The notes beneath the pieces were generated by a model. It did not search any database, was not told the origin of the DNA, and saw only the letters and a list, made by a program, of their open reading frames with translations. From Candidatus Omnitrophota bacterium (GTDB lineage: Bacteria; Omnitrophota; Gorgyraeia; S143-82), in the NCBI GenBank assembly GCA_015494465.1, contig WGBD01000002.1:67683-131682 (forward strand): a stretch of DNA of 64,000 nucleotides, written 5' to 3'. A program made the position numbers and the translations under genes. Shown piece after piece: positions 61,028 through 64,000 of the stretch (position 1 is its first letter; each line of letters starts with the position of its first letter).

Positions 61028-62455
61028 TTATTCCTCCAACACCAGTATCATCTCCACCTGTCCCTTACCCTGATCGTACCGGGAAGATACGGGTGAGACC
61101 TTTCTAAACCTCTCCTGGCGCAGGTTGGTAAGGAATTCGTTCAAAACCGAATAGTTCTTCCCGGTCACCTTCAGGGTAAACGAAAGACCGATCTCCGGAT
61201 ATTGCACGAACTTACCCGAGAGGGCCTCGATCTTTACATCGTCCAGATCGTCAATCGCCCGCGAGAGGGCTACCATGGTCCCAGGCCAACGGTACTGGAC
61301 GGAGAGGAAGTTTACCGCCTCCTCGAATTCTTTCTTCAATCGTTCCTTTTTCTTTTCCAGACGACTAACCACCTTCTTCGCCTTTTTGTACTCCTCTAAC
61401 AAGGTCTCCGTTTTCTTATACTCCAACTGCAAAGGTAGAAGGGCCCTCGTGCCCAAAAAACCACCGATCCCCAACAAAGACAGGATCAACACCGACTGAA
61501 AGGCCAGTTCCCGAGCGGATATCTTAGGAGCGATCTCCACATCCCGCAGGCACATCGCCCTTACCACTGGGAACTTTTCGCCTGCCAAGGCCATGGCAAG
61601 GCCGAACGGTAGGATAAATCTCATCGCCTTCTCTGCTGGCAGGTAGTCACCCACCACTTCACTTACGGGAAACTCCTTAATCCGAACTCCCACCTGCTCT
61701 GCAAAGAGGTTCTCCCACTCTTTCTCCAATTCCAGCTGACCTGAACGGATCATGAACACATCTGCAATCTCTTTGCTAAGCGGGACATTACCCACTACCG
61801 GACCGGTACGGGCAAAATAGGATTCCAGGGTCTCCTTCACATCCCATATTAGGCTGACATTGCCATAGGCCCTGGCGAAACTGCGCAACCAGTCTGCCTG
61901 AGGGGTATCACCTATGATCACCATGTCCGTGGAAGTGGTATCACAAAACAGACCTATCGTCACCTTGCCCGGCTCTCGGATAGACCGCACCAACTCCAAC
62001 TGGCGGAAGAGATTGTAAAAGGGAACCACATAAGGGGTTAGACCAACTGCATTCGAGATAGGAGGCCCGAGCTTCTCGAGCCACTTGTCCATCACATCTA
62101 CCCTGCAACCGACGATCAAGGCGGACTTCTCTATCTCCTCGCTAAGGGGGTCTAAGAGATCGTATCCCCAGTACACCGCATGCACTGGGAAAGGAACATT
62201 CTTGTCGTATTCGAACCTTACCGCCAGATCGCACTCTACGCCGGAAGGGCAGAGGAGTCTAACTTGTTTGAGGAAAAAGAGATTTGACGGTACAACCAGA
62301 TAAAGGGGGTAGCGAGGCTTCCACAGGTACACATCATCCAAGGGCAGTGAAAAGGAGCGGACTATCCTAAGGTCTCCAGTCTCGCAGTCGCACTCTAATA
62401 CATGTATCTCGGTACAACATACCTGCCCTACGAAAAACCGGCGTGCCTGCACCAC
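61028..62455 (-). CDS. PilM-PilN (GspL-like) fusion
   Basis: Actin-like features (VRFEYDKNVPFP..VYWGY, FGLAM), then TM, coiled coil and a PilN-like domain (VTGKNYSVLNEFLTNL). Confidence 0.55.
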   Translation of the reverse strand: MVQARRFFVGQVCCTEIHVLECDCETGDLRIVRSFSLPLDDVYLWKPRYPLYLVVPSNLFFLKQVRLLCPSGVECDLAVRFEYDKNVPFPVHAVYWGYDLLDPLSEEIEKSALIVGCRVDVMDKWLEKLGPPISNAVGLTPYVVPFYNLFRQLELVRSIREPGKVTIGLFCDTTSTDMVIIGDTPQADWLRSFARAYGNVSLIWDVKETLESYFARTGPVVGNVPLSKEIADVFMIRSGQLELEKEWENLFAEQVGVRIKEFPVSEVVGDYLPAEKAMRFILPFGLAMALAGEKFPVVRAMCLRDVEIAPKISARELAFQSVLILSLLGIGGFLGTRALLPLQLEYKKTETLLEEYKKAKKVVSRLEKKKERLKKEFEEAVNFLSVQYRWPGTMVALSRAIDDLDDVKIEALSGKFVQYPEIGLSFTLKVTGKNYSVLNEFLTNLRQERFRKVSPVSSRYDQGKGQVEMILVLEE

Positions 62456-62502
62456 CTTTGTGATACCCCCCTTGTTTCCCCTTTTACTATTTTAACACAC
62501 AA

Positions 62503-62809
62503 ATTGCCCTGCTGATAGAGTAATAAGCCGAGTTCTGTCTGGGCGGTCATCCATCTGCGCGGGGGATCGCTCCCCCGCTCTAGCGGCCAACCCGAGGGCA
62601 ATGCCCGGGCCAGGCAACCCTCCTACTTGGCCTTGCTGCGGGTAGAGATTACCCTGTGGGGGGATAGAACCCACCACGGGCTCTTATCCTGCCCGCGGGG
62701 AAGATCCCACGCGGACGGTGGGTGTTACCCACTACCCTGCCCTCTGCAGCTCGGACTTTCCTCCCGTCCTTGAGGACAGGCGACCGCCTTACTCTATCAG
62801 CAGGGCAAT
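62503..62809 (-). ncRNA. rnpB: RNase P RNA (type A-like catalytic domain, reduced S-domain)
   Basis: CR-I GAGGAAAGTCCG, CR-V ACAGAACTCGGCTTA, P2 GGCGGTC/GACCGCC, P15 GGCCAA/TTGGCC, P18 with GCGA tetraloop, 21-bp P1. Confidence 0.93.
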
Positions 62810-63208
62810 CCTTATTGCGCGCTTGGCAAGGGAATCCGCAACCGAATTGTCCCCTCTCCCGATGTGCTGAACGGAAACCGATCGGAACCCCTTCAATCGG
62901 TTCTCCGCCAAGGCCTTCAGTTTCTTTATTACCGGATTCTTGGTCTGGTACTCACCGTTGATCTGCCTGACCAAGAGCTCACTGTCACTTAATATTATAA
63001 CATCTCTGCCTTCGTAAGGCCTCAATTCCTCGAGGGCAATGAGAAGGGCGGTGTATTCTGCGACATTGTTGGTGGCCCTGCCGATGTAGGCCTGTATCCT
63101 CTTTTCTCTTCCGTCTGCCTCTATAACCACCCCACAACCCGCAGGACCGGGATTCCCCGAAGAGGCACCGTCTATCCAGACTCTGACGAGTTCCGAATCA
63201 CTCTGCAT
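62789..63208 (-). CDS. rnhA: ribonuclease HI family protein
   Basis: DGASSGNPG, TNNVAEY, SDSELLVRQ, NSVADSLA. Confidence 0.92.
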   Translation of the reverse strand: MQSDSELVRVWIDGASSGNPGPAGCGVVIEADGREKRIQAYIGRATNNVAEYTALLIALEELRPYEGRDVIILSDSELLVRQINGEYQTKNPVIKKLKALAENRLKGFRSVSVQHIGRGDNSVADSLAKRAIRIALLIE

Positions 63209-63905
63209 AATAGAGAATGCACCCGCAGGTCTCGCACTGGATGATACCCTTCTCCAGCATCAGTTCGTTGACCACCTGAGGGGGCAGGGCCCTATAACAG
63301 GCCCCACAGACACCGTCCTTCCCAACCCGGGCCAGGGCAATGCCCCCTCGATGCTCCAATATCCTCTCGTACCTCTCCAAAAGGGCCTTATCCACATCCT
63401 TCGCCAGGTCATTACGCCTTTGAAGGAGACCTTCCAGTTCCGCCTTCAACTTCGCCTCTTCCTGCCTCAGGGCAGACAGCTCTCCCTCCAGTGCCTTCTT
63501 CTCCTCGTCCTTCTCCTGCTTAATCCCTCTAAACTGCGCCTCCTCTCCCTCTATCTCGTCCAACATGGTAAGGATCTGATCCTCAAGGCGAGATATCTCT
63601 TCCTTTAGGACCGCGATCTCGTCCTGGAGGGCGGTGTACTCCTTGTTGCTCTTCACCTGAAACAACTGTCCCTGCAGGCGCCTTAGGTCGGACTCCTTCT
63701 TGCCTAATTCTACCTCCAACTCCTTGTGGGCCACCTTCTTTCGTTCCAGATCCTTGCGGGCCTGTTCCAGTTCCGAGTCTATACCTTTGCGCTTGGCCTC
63801 TATCTCCTGATAAAGACGGGGAAACTCCTCCAGACGAGACTTCAGCTGATAGATCTGGCGATCTAACTCTTGCAGGGGCAGGAGTTGTTGGATCTCTTTC
63901 AGCAT
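63198..63905 (-). CDS. coiled-coil protein with C4 zinc ribbon (DUF164/CT398-like)
   Basis: LQELD, VKSNKEYTAL, LEDQIL, CGAC...CETCGCILY. Confidence 0.88.
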   Translation of the reverse strand: MLKEIQQLLPLQELDRQIYQLKSRLEEFPRLYQEIEAKRKGIDSELEQARKDLERKKVAHKELEVELGKKESDLRRLQGQLFQVKSNKEYTALQDEIAVLKEEISRLEDQILTMLDEIEGEEAQFRGIKQEKDEEKKALEGELSALRQEEAKLKAELEGLLQRRNDLAKDVDKALLERYERILEHRGGIALARVGKDGVCGACYRALPPQVVNELMLEKGIIQCETCGCILYYAE

Positions 63906-63920
63906 GTTAGGCCACCAAAG

Positions 63921-63994
63921 TGGGCGATAGAGGATTCGAACCTCTGACCTTCCGCATGTGAGGCGGACGCTCTGACCAACTGAGCTAATCGCCC
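63921..63994 (-). tRNA. tRNA-Val(CAC)
   Basis: GGGCGAT/ATCGCCC stem, anticodon arm TCCGC-CTCACAT-GCGGA, GTTCGAATC. Confidence 0.95.
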
Positions 63995-64000
63995 AAGGGT

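Overview
A 64-kb stretch of bacterial chromosome made up mostly of housekeeping genes, gene-dense and strongly biased to the minus strand. The gene set (glnA, nrdD/nrdG, metE, PPi-type PFK, ferredoxin, RND/TolC, secretin) points to a diderm anaerobe. A PVC/Omnitrophota-like lineage is a guess from gene architecture only. The window holds about 60 CDSs, 6 tRNAs and RNase P RNA. I found no integrase, transposase or cas gene. The most unusual items are: (1) an RNase P RNA with an intact catalytic domain but a shrunken specificity domain that appears to lack the CR-II/CR-III T-loop module and P12-P14, and whose 21-bp P1 helix uses the last codons of rnhA; (2) a pilMN-pilO-pilP-like operon ending in a 2096-aa secretin with a ~1640-aa TPR/charged-helix N-terminal extension; (3) tandem NrdR boxes in front of metE, which heads a metE-nrdD-nrdD'-nrdG run where the NrdD glycyl-radical domain is a separate 56-aa gene; (4) a dual-hairpin ANTAR-type leader on glnA; (5) a dispersed ~35-39-nt hairpin repeat, two copies of which supply stop codons at the edges of accessory-looking modules; (6) recurrent leaderless-type promoters; (7) a 646-aa Mfd without its C-terminal domain. 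All calls come from manual motif reading; no database searches were run.
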